From Lachnospiraceae bacterium (GTDB lineage: Bacteria > Bacillota > Clostridia > Lachnospirales > Lachnospiraceae): a stretch of DNA of 64,000 nucleotides. Positions within the stretch are counted from its first letter, which is position 1. Each line of letters starts with the position of its first letter. Position numbers and translations under genes: made by a program. The stretch spans positions 4,279 through 68,278 of the forward strand of contig JAKSSE010000002.1 of NCBI GenBank assembly GCA_024403255.1, written 5' to 3'. The notes below the pieces were generated by a model that did no database searches, was not told the origin of the DNA, and was given only the letters and a program-made list of their open reading frames with translations. Shown here piece after piece: positions 24,688-33,465 of this stretch.

Positions 24688-27022
24688 AGAATTAAAAATT
24701 GGAGAAAGTGGATTAATAAAGGTAGTAGGCGGAGATGGTGCTTTAAGGCAGCATTTTCTTGATATGGGAATTATTCCAGGAGCCATAGCTACTATCACAA
24801 AGTTTGCTCCAATGGGAGATCCTGTTGAGCTTAGAATTCACGGATATGAACTGACACTTAGACTGGATGATGCAGCAAAGATTGAGATAGAAAAAGTTGT
24901 TGTGTCAGAAGAGGAAAAACCACAAAAGCCTAGTCACAATAAGACTGTACACCCAGCACTGGGTGAGCCAGGCATTCATCACGATAAGAATCATGAAGAG
25001 CCTTTGCCAGAAGGAACAAAACTTACTTTTGCGCTTGTTGGAAATCAGAATTGTGGAAAGACTACTCTTTTCAACAGACTGACAGGTGCAAATCAACATG
25101 TTGGAAATTTCCCAGGAGTAACAGTAGATAGAAAAGATGGAGTAATTATTGGTTATGAGAATACAGAAATTACTGATCTTCCTGGAATTTACTCAATGTC
25201 TCCATATTCAAGTGAAGAGCTAGTATCGAGAGATTTTGTTTTAAATAATGATCTTCGAGGCATTATAAATATCGTAGATGCAACAAATATTGAGAGGAAT
25301 CTGTATCTTACCATGCAGCTTCTTGAAATGGGACAGCCGATGGTTGTTGCGGTCAATATGATGGACGAACTTACCGGCAATGGTGGATCGATAGATATTA
25401 ACCGAATGGAGGAAATGCTGGGAGTTCCTGTAGTTCCGGTTTCTGCGGCAAAGAACGAGGGTATAGAAGAACTTATTGTGCATGCTATACATGTTGCCAA
25501 GTATCAGGAGAAACCTCTTCGCATGGATTTTTGTGATGAAAATGATCACAAGGGTGCTGTTCACAGATGTCTTCATGCTGTTTGCCATCTTATAGAAGAT
25601 CACGCCAAAGACGCAAATCTGCCAGTAAGGTTTGCGGCCAGCAAAATTGTTGAGAATGACCAGGCGATACTAAAAGCTCTTAATCTGGATCAGAACGAGC
25701 TTGAAATGCTTGAACATATCATTCTTCAGATGGAAACTGAGCGAGGACTTGACAGAAGCGCAGCTATGGCCGATATGAGATATTCTTTTATCAAGAGTGT
25801 TGGCGAAAAGACAGTAAAAAAACCAGTTGAAAGTAAAGAGCATTTCAGAAGCCAGAAAATAGATGAGGTGTTAACCGGAAAATATACCGCTATTCCTGTA
25901 TTTGTTGGCATAATGGCGCTTATATTCTATTTGACTTTTAATGTAATTGGCGCATTCCTTCAGAACTTCCTGGAAATAGGAATAGATAAACTGACTGTTG
26001 CAGTTTCAAATATTCTAATTGCGACAAACGTGAATGTAACGATTCAGAATCTTGTCATTGATGGTATCTTTGAAGGTGTTGGAAGCGTATTAAGTTTTCT
26101 TCCAATTGTCGTTGTAATGTTTTTCTTTCTGTCCTTATTAGAGGACAGTGGATACATCGCTCGTGTAGCGTTCTTTATGGACAAACTTTTGAGGAAGATA
26201 GGACTTTCTGGTCGCAGTATAGTGCCTATGCTTATAGGTTTTGGATGCACTGTACCAGCAGTAATGTCCACTAGAACTTTGCCATCTGAAAGAGATAGAA
26301 AGATGACAATTCTTTTAACACCGTTTATGAGTTGCACTGCGAAATTGCCTATATATGCATTCTTTGTAAATGCATTTTTCCCTGGCAAAGGGGGATTGGT
26401 AATTACAGGATTATATATTTTTAGTATCCTTGTAGGCATTTTAATAGCATATTTGTATAAAGGTGTACTGTTTAAAGGCGAAGCTGTTCCTTTTGTTATG
26501 GAACTTCCAAATTACAGGCTCCCTAGTTTAAGAAGCACAATTCAGTTGATGTGGGAAAAGGCAAAAGACTTTTTGCAAAAAGCATTTTCGGTAATACTTA
26601 TAGCAACGATAGTAGTATGGTTCTTGCAGAGCTTTAATCTGCAGCTTAACCTGGTGTCAGATTCTTCGACCAGCATTATGGCTACTGTTGCTGGATTAAT
26701 TGCTCCTTTGTTTAAACCGTTAGGACTTGATGACTGGAGAATAATCACATCTTTAATAAGTGGATTTATGGCAAAAGAAAGTGTTGTGTCTGTCCTTGGA
26801 GTTTTGTTCGGGGCAGAGGGGGGAGTTGCTGCGGTATTATCGCCAGTGGCTGCAGGAACGCTTCTTGTATTTAGTTTGCTTTATACGCCATGCATAGCAG
26901 CGATATCATCCATAAAAAGAGAACTTGGAACGAAGTGGGCTGTGTATGTTGTGATTTGGCAGTGCCTATTGGCCTGGATAGTTGCATTTTTATTTTGCCT
27001 GATTGGAAATATGATTGCATAA
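24677..27022 (+). CDS. feoB: fused FeoA-FeoB ferrous iron transporter
   Basis: N-terminal FeoA SH3-like domain (LKIGESGLIKVV), then the G-domain GNQNCGKTTLFN ... DLPG ... NMMD, and a polytopic C-terminus. The start overlaps the thiM 3' end by 11 nt. Confidence 0.9.
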   Translation: MTLKELKIGESGLIKVVGGDGALRQHFLDMGIIPGAIATITKFAPMGDPVELRIHGYELTLRLDDAAKIEIEKVVVSEEEKPQKPSHNKTVHPALGEPGIHHDKNHEEPLPEGTKLTFALVGNQNCGKTTLFNRLTGANQHVGNFPGVTVDRKDGVIIGYENTEITDLPGIYSMSPYSSEELVSRDFVLNNDLRGIINIVDATNIERNLYLTMQLLEMGQPMVVAVNMMDELTGNGGSIDINRMEEMLGVPVVPVSAAKNEGIEELIVHAIHVAKYQEKPLRMDFCDENDHKGAVHRCLHAVCHLIEDHAKDANLPVRFAASKIVENDQAILKALNLDQNELEMLEHIILQMETERGLDRSAAMADMRYSFIKSVGEKTVKKPVESKEHFRSQKIDEVLTGKYTAIPVFVGIMALIFYLTFNVIGAFLQNFLEIGIDKLTVAVSNILIATNVNVTIQNLVIDGIFEGVGSVLSFLPIVVVMFFFLSLLEDSGYIARVAFFMDKLLRKIGLSGRSIVPMLIGFGCTVPAVMSTRTLPSERDRKMTILLTPFMSCTAKLPIYAFFVNAFFPGKGGLVITGLYIFSILVGILIAYLYKGVLFKGEAVPFVMELPNYRLPSLRSTIQLMWEKAKDFLQKAFSVILIATIVVWFLQSFNLQLNLVSDSSTSIMATVAGLIAPLFKPLGLDDWRIITSLISGFMAKESVVSVLGVLFGAEGGVAAVLSPVAAGTLLVFSLLYTPCIAAISSIKRELGTKWAVYVVIWQCLLAWIVAFLFCLIGNMIA

Positions 27023-27048
27023 AAAAAGCGCTCAGATGAGCGCTTTTT
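27023..27048. terminator. bidirectional intrinsic terminator
   Basis: AAAAAGCGCTCA-gat-GAGCGCTTTTT. Confidence 0.85.
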
Positions 27049-27049
27049 A

Positions 27050-28363
27050 TTATTCAAATGAAACTCTTCCATCAGGACTATAGGATATGTTTACACTGTA
27101 TAAAGTTTCAAGCAGATTTATCATGTATTCATAATCTTTGACACCTGCCGTTTCGTATGCCGAGTGCATAGCGAGCTGAGGTAAGCCTATATCAGCACAT
27201 GCAATAGAAACCTGGTTCATTGAAATATTACCAAGGGTACTTCCGCCTGCTTCGTCTGAACGATTAAAAAAGATTTGATATGGCGCAGCAGCTTTGTTAC
27301 AAAGCTCTTTGGCGATGGCCATACTTAATGCGTCTGTTGTATATTTTTGCCCAGAATGGTTTTTGATAACGACACCTTCGTTTATGTATGTGCAGTTGTT
27401 CTGATCTGTTTTTTCTGGATGATTAGGGTGTACAGCATGTGCATTGTCGCAGCTGAACATAAAAGATTTTGAAAGTGCAATATAGTATTCCTCTTTACTT
27501 TTGTTTAGGCAATTATTAACTCGCCTTAAGGTATCTCTAAGGAAAGTGGAAGAAGCACCTTGTTTTGTCAGAGAGCCAACTTCTTCGTTATCAAAACAAG
27601 CATAGACATTAATACATTTTTTTGGAGCTGATCCAATAAAACCGTCAAGAGATGCAAAGGCACACTCTAAATCATCTAATCGTGGAGCTGATATAAATTC
27701 TTTGTTGCTTCCCCATACCGAAGGAGTCTGATTATTGTATATATATAGCTCAGTGCTGATTATATCTTCGGGTTTGACGGAAATCTTCTTTGCAATTGCC
27801 TTGGCAAAATCATTCTTTTTACATTCTGAATCTCCAAAAAGAGGCAGCATATCAATTTGTTTGTTGTAGCTTTGTTCCTCGTTTGCTTTGCGATTCATAT
27901 GTATTGCAAGACTTGGAATGACAAGAGTATCTTCTTTTAAATCTACAAGAACAGATTTTAAAATACCGTCTTCGCTAACAATAACACGTCCGGCAACAGA
28001 AAGAGGTCTGTCAAACCAGGTTGAACAGAGCATACCACCGTAACCTTCCGTGTTGAGCTTAATGTATTTATCGTTGACGCTAATCTCAGAGTTTTCTTTG
28101 ATTCTAAAACATGGTGAGTCAGAATGACTTGCTGCTATCTGGAAATGATAGTCGGTTAAATCTTTTGGAAGATTAAATGCAATAATACTTGAGTTATTTC
28201 TTGTTACAAAATATTTTCCACCGGCCTTTATATCCCAACTGTCTGACTCTTTTAGCTCTGTAAAACCGTCAGCGAATAAAGTGTCCTTAATTGAATTGGT
28301 AGCAAAAAAGGCGTTAGGGCTTTTGCTAATTAAATTTATAAGCTTTTCTGTACTGTTTAACAT
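27050..28363 (-). CDS. M18 family aminopeptidase
   Basis: 437 aa. Motifs: AASHSDSPCFRIK, RLDDLECAF, FDNEEVGS and MHSAYETAG. Confidence 0.85.
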   Translation of the reverse strand: MLNSTEKLINLISKSPNAFFATNSIKDTLFADGFTELKESDSWDIKAGGKYFVTRNNSSIIAFNLPKDLTDYHFQIAASHSDSPCFRIKENSEISVNDKYIKLNTEGYGGMLCSTWFDRPLSVAGRVIVSEDGILKSVLVDLKEDTLVIPSLAIHMNRKANEEQSYNKQIDMLPLFGDSECKKNDFAKAIAKKISVKPEDIISTELYIYNNQTPSVWGSNKEFISAPRLDDLECAFASLDGFIGSAPKKCINVYACFDNEEVGSLTKQGASSTFLRDTLRRVNNCLNKSKEEYYIALSKSFMFSCDNAHAVHPNHPEKTDQNNCTYINEGVVIKNHSGQKYTTDALSMAIAKELCNKAAAPYQIFFNRSDEAGGSTLGNISMNQVSIACADIGLPQLAMHSAYETAGVKDYEYMINLLETLYSVNISYSPDGRVSFE

Positions 28364-28419
28364 ATTTCCTCTTTATTGAATGAATCTTAATATTGCTTCG
28401 TAGTAATTATGGTATTTCC

Positions 28420-28448
28420 TTTACAATATGTAAAGATTTATCTAAAAT
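28420..28448 (+). promoter_or_regulatory. sigma-A type promoter with an overlapping 7-bp-arm palindrome
   Basis: TTTACA, 17 nt, TAAAAT. The palindrome CTTTACA-ata-TGTAAAG (28419-28435) covers the -35. Confidence 0.45.
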
Positions 28449-28470
28449 TACTCTATTGTAAGGAGATAAA

Positions 28471-29439
28471 ATGGCGGCAAAATGGTATGTCTTCAGAGAT
28501 AAAGAAGGCGAATATGAAATTGTATATGGTGAATGGAACGATATTCTTCCTACGCATAAAGGAATTCCCTGCAAAGGATTTACTAACGAGAGCGCTGCAA
28601 AGGAGTGCTTTTTAAATAAAGGCCTCGAACCAGAGGAAGATCCAGCTGTTTTGTTCATAGATTACACCCCGGAAGAGGGTGAACTTTTAGTGTTTACAGA
28701 TGGTGCTGCAGAGCAGGATCCTAAAACCAGAAAGCTTATATATGATTTGGGGTACGGAGTCGTTGTGACCCAGTATAAAGGTGGCAAAATGTATCCTAGA
28801 AGTTTTTTGGCTGGAAGAATTGAACTGCCTCACAAGGGAGATAGTAAGGCGTACTGCGCTATAGTTGATAACAGGAATATTACAGGAGAGTGTCATTCTG
28901 CAATACTTGCGATGGAATTTTGCAGAATACATGGGGCAAAAAAAATGACCCTCGTATACGATTATGACGGGGTTGGAAAAACCTGCATTGGTGAATGGAA
29001 TCCAAAAGCAAACACACCTTTGGGGCAGCTTAAGGCTTACTATAAGACTATAACGAAAAATAAAGATCTTGAAGTGAATTTTGTTCGTACACCATCTCAT
29101 TTGGTTGAGGGCGCCAATGAACTTGGAATAGATGTGAAAGATAAATTCTATAAGGCTCTGGGAGATGGAAAAACTTTAGATGAAGCGAAGCTTCAAAAGA
29201 TGGTTGAAAAATTCTATTTACTTATTGGAAATTATAATGCAGATCAGCTTGCTAATCAGGCTATGATTGATGCACATCTTGAAACCAGGCAGGAAGCATT
29301 AAATTTTGGCTATGGAATGTTTAATCCGGATGATTTTTTGACTGCCGATTTTAAACCTATCAATCAGGCTGAAGCACTTTCGAGAACTCAGGAAAAAACG
29401 ACTGCTTATAAGATTTTTAAGGAATTAGGGTTACTATGA
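28471..29439 (+). CDS. RNase H1-like protein with an N-terminal hybrid-binding (viroplasmin/Cauli_VI-type) domain and a C-terminal extension
   Basis: KWYVFRDKEGEYEIVYGEWNDILPTHKGIPCKGFTNESAAKECF is HBD-like. RNase H DEDD candidates: VFTDGA, GECHSAILA, VYDYDG and NADQLAN. Confidence 0.7.
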   Translation: MAAKWYVFRDKEGEYEIVYGEWNDILPTHKGIPCKGFTNESAAKECFLNKGLEPEEDPAVLFIDYTPEEGELLVFTDGAAEQDPKTRKLIYDLGYGVVVTQYKGGKMYPRSFLAGRIELPHKGDSKAYCAIVDNRNITGECHSAILAMEFCRIHGAKKMTLVYDYDGVGKTCIGEWNPKANTPLGQLKAYYKTITKNKDLEVNFVRTPSHLVEGANELGIDVKDKFYKALGDGKTLDEAKLQKMVEKFYLLIGNYNADQLANQAMIDAHLETRQEALNFGYGMFNPDDFLTADFKPINQAEALSRTQEKTTAYKIFKELGLL

Positions 29440-30173
29440 CTTTTAAAGAATATGTTGCACATTATACTGAAATGCCAGGTCTTATATTTATGATTCTGGT
29501 TACTATTGCACTTGTAGCTTTAGTGCATGTTTTACTTGCGATTTACACAAAAGGGAAAAGAGGGTCATTTGTAGGCCGATGTGAGAGATATTATGAGATG
29601 ATAATTTCTTCAACATCTATGCTTTTATTTATTGGATTATATTTTCTAGTGGATCATAAATACTTTAACGCAAGCAATGATTTTTATGTCATTTGGGATA
29701 AGTATAATGATTTTATATTGCTCGGTGCACTTATGATATCAATCCTGTTAATGAATATATTGGATTGGATGCTGGTTCCATTAAGAAAGATTGAAAACAG
29801 CGAAAAGAGCGCACTTCGTATGATGGCCATGATTTATATGCTGGCCGTTTTTGCGTACATTAAGATTATCTATGAAAACGATAATTATGACTCGATAATC
29901 GTATACTTTATCTTGATGGTAATAGGCAGATTTACTTATTTTGATGCATCATTTAAGGATTTTCTCCTGAGTATGAAATCTCTCATGGAACAGCTTCCGG
30001 TGCTTCTTTTGGCATTAGTTACTACTGCTGTTTTGGCATTGTACGGTTTTAAGAGTGGATATTTATTAAAGTCAAATGGAGTTGTGTTAAGCTTATGCAT
30101 AGCTCATGTCTTTGTTTTGGCTGAAATTTGTATAATCAATATATTTATAAAAGGATTGACGAAAAAGAAGTAA
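29436..30173 (+). CDS. hypothetical polytopic membrane protein
   Basis: 245 aa with about 6-7 TM helices. ATGA overlap with the RNase H-like gene and TAATG overlap with the HAD gene. Confidence 0.55.
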   Translation: MTFKEYVAHYTEMPGLIFMILVTIALVALVHVLLAIYTKGKRGSFVGRCERYYEMIISSTSMLLFIGLYFLVDHKYFNASNDFYVIWDKYNDFILLGALMISILLMNILDWMLVPLRKIENSEKSALRMMAMIYMLAVFAYIKIIYENDNYDSIIVYFILMVIGRFTYFDASFKDFLLSMKSLMEQLPVLLLALVTTAVLALYGFKSGYLLKSNGVVLSLCIAHVFVLAEICIINIFIKGLTKKK

Positions 30174-30829
30174 TGCTTACAGATATAGATGCAGTAATTT
30201 TTGATATGGATGGAACTCTCATAGACTCAATGTGGATGTGGGAGGATATTGATATTGAGTTTTTGGGAAAGCACGGCATACAAATGCCGCCATCTCTTCA
30301 GAAAGATATAGAAGGACAGTCTATAACTCAGACTGCTGTCTACTTTATTGAAACGTTTGATTTAAAATACACTGTGGACGAATTAAAGGACATCTGGAAC
30401 GATATGGCAATTGAGGCTTATAAGCACAAGGTGCCAGCAAAACCTGGAGTGATTGAATTCTTAAAAGAACTAAAAAGTAGAAATATCAAGATTGGCGTTG
30501 CCACATCGAATTCCACTGAACTTATGAATGTCGCGCTTGAAGGATGCGGATTAAAAGAGTATGTGGAAGTTGCTTTTTCTGGTTGCATGATTCCAAACGG
30601 TAAACCTGCACCAGATATATATTTAATAACTGCGGAGCACTTGGGCGTAGACCCTTCACGATGTCTTTGCTTTGAAGATGTTGGAAAGGGGCTTGAGGCA
30701 GGCCGGGCTGCGGGAATGAAGTGTGCGGCAATATATGATGAAAGCTGCCTCAATTCAAAAGAAGAAATGCTTTCATTGTCGGATTATTATTTCAATGATT
30801 TTTATGAAGTATTAGATAAAGTGAGGTAA
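30173..30829 (+). CDS. HAD-IA family hydrolase (beta-phosphoglucomutase / phosphatase-like)
   Basis: DAVIFDMDGTLIDS (motif I), VATSN (motif II), and K ... FEDVGKGLEAGRAAGM (motifs III/IV). Confidence 0.85.
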   Translation: MLTDIDAVIFDMDGTLIDSMWMWEDIDIEFLGKHGIQMPPSLQKDIEGQSITQTAVYFIETFDLKYTVDELKDIWNDMAIEAYKHKVPAKPGVIEFLKELKSRNIKIGVATSNSTELMNVALEGCGLKEYVEVAFSGCMIPNGKPAPDIYLITAEHLGVDPSRCLCFEDVGKGLEAGRAAGMKCAAIYDESCLNSKEEMLSLSDYYFNDFYEVLDKVR

Positions 30830-30833
30830 TGAG

Positions 30834-31757
30834 GTGGAGAATTTTTTAGTTATCGTCAATCAGGTTGCAGTTTTATTTATTCTCATAGGAATAGGTTTCT
30901 TTTTGAGAAAAATAAATATGTTCAATCATGAAACAGTAAAGGGTGTGACAAATATTGTCATGTATGCAGTAACTCCCTGTGTAATCATCAGGTCATTTAA
31001 CAGAGAGATGAATACGGAGCTGTTACATGGGCTTTTGCTTACTTTTGCAGTAGCAACCATCTCATATATCTTTTGCATTTTGATGTCATATCTTTTGGTG
31101 CGAGATAAGGACGATTCACGTGCAAGAATATTTAGATTTGCAATTATATTTTCGAATACCGGATTCATGGGAATCCCAATTTATCAGGCTGTTTTGGGCG
31201 ATATAGGTGTTTTTTACGGATCGATATACATTGCAATGTTTAATGTTTTTTCATGGACATATGGATATTCTATGATGGAAGGAAAAACTAAAAAGATAAG
31301 TCTCAAAAAGGCGATTATTAATCCGGGAGTTCTTTCTACAATAATAGGAGTAATAATTTTTAGCGCTGGGATACCTCTTCCAGGGTTGCTTGAAATGCCT
31401 ATGTCGTATATGGCAGCTCTTAATACACCTTTGCCAATGCTGATAATAGGTTTTTATCTTGCTGCTTTGCGACTGTCTGATTTTAAGGATATTAAACAGT
31501 ACTATATTATTGCTTTGAAATTGATAATATTACCAGTTTTGGCTATAGCGCTTTCATATTTGTTCGGAGTGCGAGGAGACGTATTTTTGATATGTGCAAT
31601 TGCAATATCTACTCCATCTGCAGCTTCGACAACTATGTTTTCGGAACTGTTTGGACGTGATTCTGCTTTGGCATCAAGAATTGTCAGCTTATCAACACTT
31701 CTTTCAATTATTACATTGCCGATACTTATAACACTTGCACAGGGACTGGCATATTAG
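30834..31757 (+). CDS. AEC (auxin efflux carrier) family transporter
   Basis: About 10 TM helices. 307 aa. GTG start behind GTGAGG. Confidence 0.8.
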   Translation: MENFLVIVNQVAVLFILIGIGFFLRKINMFNHETVKGVTNIVMYAVTPCVIIRSFNREMNTELLHGLLLTFAVATISYIFCILMSYLLVRDKDDSRARIFRFAIIFSNTGFMGIPIYQAVLGDIGVFYGSIYIAMFNVFSWTYGYSMMEGKTKKISLKKAIINPGVLSTIIGVIIFSAGIPLPGLLEMPMSYMAALNTPLPMLIIGFYLAALRLSDFKDIKQYYIIALKLIILPVLAIALSYLFGVRGDVFLICAIAISTPSAASTTMFSELFGRDSALASRIVSLSTLLSIITLPILITLAQGLAY

Positions 31758-31765
31758 AGGGGAAA

Positions 31766-33418
31766 ATGAAAAAACCGATTTACGTTATTGGACACAAGAA
31801 TCCTGACACTGACAGTATATGTTCTGCGATAGCATATGCATATTTGAAGAACCATACTACTGAGGAGAATTACATTCCAAAAAGAGCAGGAGAAATCAAC
31901 GATGAAACAAAGTATGTTTTAGAAAAATTCGGAATAGAGGAGCCGACTCTTATTGAGGATGTTGGGCCTCAGGTTTCAGATATTGATTTTAGAAGAACCG
32001 AAGGAATTTCTCGGCATGAGACATTAAGAAACGCCTGGCTTAAGATGAAGGAGCTTGGAGTTGTCACGTTGCCGGTAGTCATGAAAGATGGCCGGTTGAA
32101 AGGTCTTGTTACTAATGGAGATATTTCATCATCATATATGGATGTTACTGATAACTATGTGCTTAGCCGTGCAAGAACTCAGTATAAAAACATAATTGAA
32201 ACTATTAACGGAACGATTTTGGCTGGCAATTCTCACGCCTATTTTACAAAAGGTAAAGTAGTTGTGCCTGGTGGAAATCGTGATCTTATGAGAAGAGAGG
32301 TTGATCAGGACGACCTTGTAATTCTTGGTAATATTCCAGAACGACAGAGAATAGCGATTGAAGAAGGAGCAAGCTGTGTTGTAGTTTGCGGCGGTGGAAA
32401 TGTAGCAAAAGATATAATTGAAATTGCGGAGAAAAATGAGTGTATTCTAATTGTTACAGATTATGACACTTTTACTGTTGCAAGAATCATTCATCAGAGT
32501 GTTCCGATTGAACATGTTATGACCTGGTGGGGGCTTACTTCTTTTGAATTGGATGAGTCTGTTGATGAAGTAAAGCTTGCCATGAAAAAGGTGAGATACA
32601 GAGATTTTCCGATAAGGGATGATAATTGGAAGTATGTAGGTATGCTTTCTCGTAGAAATTTGATGGATCTTCAGAGAAAGCAGGTCATCCTCGTGGATCA
32701 TAATGAGAAGAATCAGGCGGTTGATGGAATAGCTGAAGCAGATGTTTTGGAAATTATAGATCACCACAGACTGGGATCGCTTGAAACTCTTCAACCTATA
32801 TTTTTTAGAAATATGCCAGTTGGCTCCAGCGGCGCTATAATTTCTGCAATGTTTGAAGAAAACAAGGTTGAAATCCCGAAGGATATAGCGGGTCTTTTGT
32901 GTTCTGCGATTATATCGGACACGCTTTTATTTAGGTCTCCTACATGTACAGAGTTTGATAAAGCGGAAGCAGAAAAGCTGGCAGAGATTGCTGGAATAGA
33001 TATGAAACCGCATGCACTGGCTATGTTTGAGGCGGGAAGCAACTTTGGAAAGAAGACGCCAAAAGAAATATTTGCTCAGGACTTTAAGGTGTTTAATGTC
33101 GGCGATATTTCGTTTGGAGTATCACAGGTCAGCTCGGTTTCAAGAAGACGTCTAAATGCTATAAAAGAAGGACTTTGTTCAATTCTTGAAGACGAGAGAG
33201 TTTCAAATAATCTAAAAATGGTATATGTCCTTTTGACAGATATTTTCGATGAAGATACAGAAGTTTTATTCAATGGAAGTGAAGCAAAAGAAATTCTTTT
33301 GAAAGCTTTTGATGAGGAAGCATACTGCGAGGATACAGATTCTTTTGTGTTGAAGGGAGTTGTTTCCAGAAAGAAGCAGTTTGCGCCTCCGGTAATAGAG
33401 GCTATTCAGGAAAGCTAA
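31766..33418 (+). CDS. ppaC: CBS-domain-containing family II (DHH/DHHA2) inorganic pyrophosphatase
   Basis: YVIGHKNPDTDSICSAIAYAY, VDHNE, IIDHHR and DTLLFRSPT, with a CBS/DRTGG insertion of about 250 aa. Confidence 0.85.
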   Translation: MKKPIYVIGHKNPDTDSICSAIAYAYLKNHTTEENYIPKRAGEINDETKYVLEKFGIEEPTLIEDVGPQVSDIDFRRTEGISRHETLRNAWLKMKELGVVTLPVVMKDGRLKGLVTNGDISSSYMDVTDNYVLSRARTQYKNIIETINGTILAGNSHAYFTKGKVVVPGGNRDLMRREVDQDDLVILGNIPERQRIAIEEGASCVVVCGGGNVAKDIIEIAEKNECILIVTDYDTFTVARIIHQSVPIEHVMTWWGLTSFELDESVDEVKLAMKKVRYRDFPIRDDNWKYVGMLSRRNLMDLQRKQVILVDHNEKNQAVDGIAEADVLEIIDHHRLGSLETLQPIFFRNMPVGSSGAIISAMFEENKVEIPKDIAGLLCSAIISDTLLFRSPTCTEFDKAEAEKLAEIAGIDMKPHALAMFEAGSNFGKKTPKEIFAQDFKVFNVGDISFGVSQVSSVSRRRLNAIKEGLCSILEDERVSNNLKMVYVLLTDIFDEDTEVLFNGSEAKEILLKAFDEEAYCEDTDSFVLKGVVSRKKQFAPPVIEAIQES

Positions 33419-33465
33419 CCGAGACTATAGTACTAAAAGGGATTTTGTAGTATAATAAATCAGGT

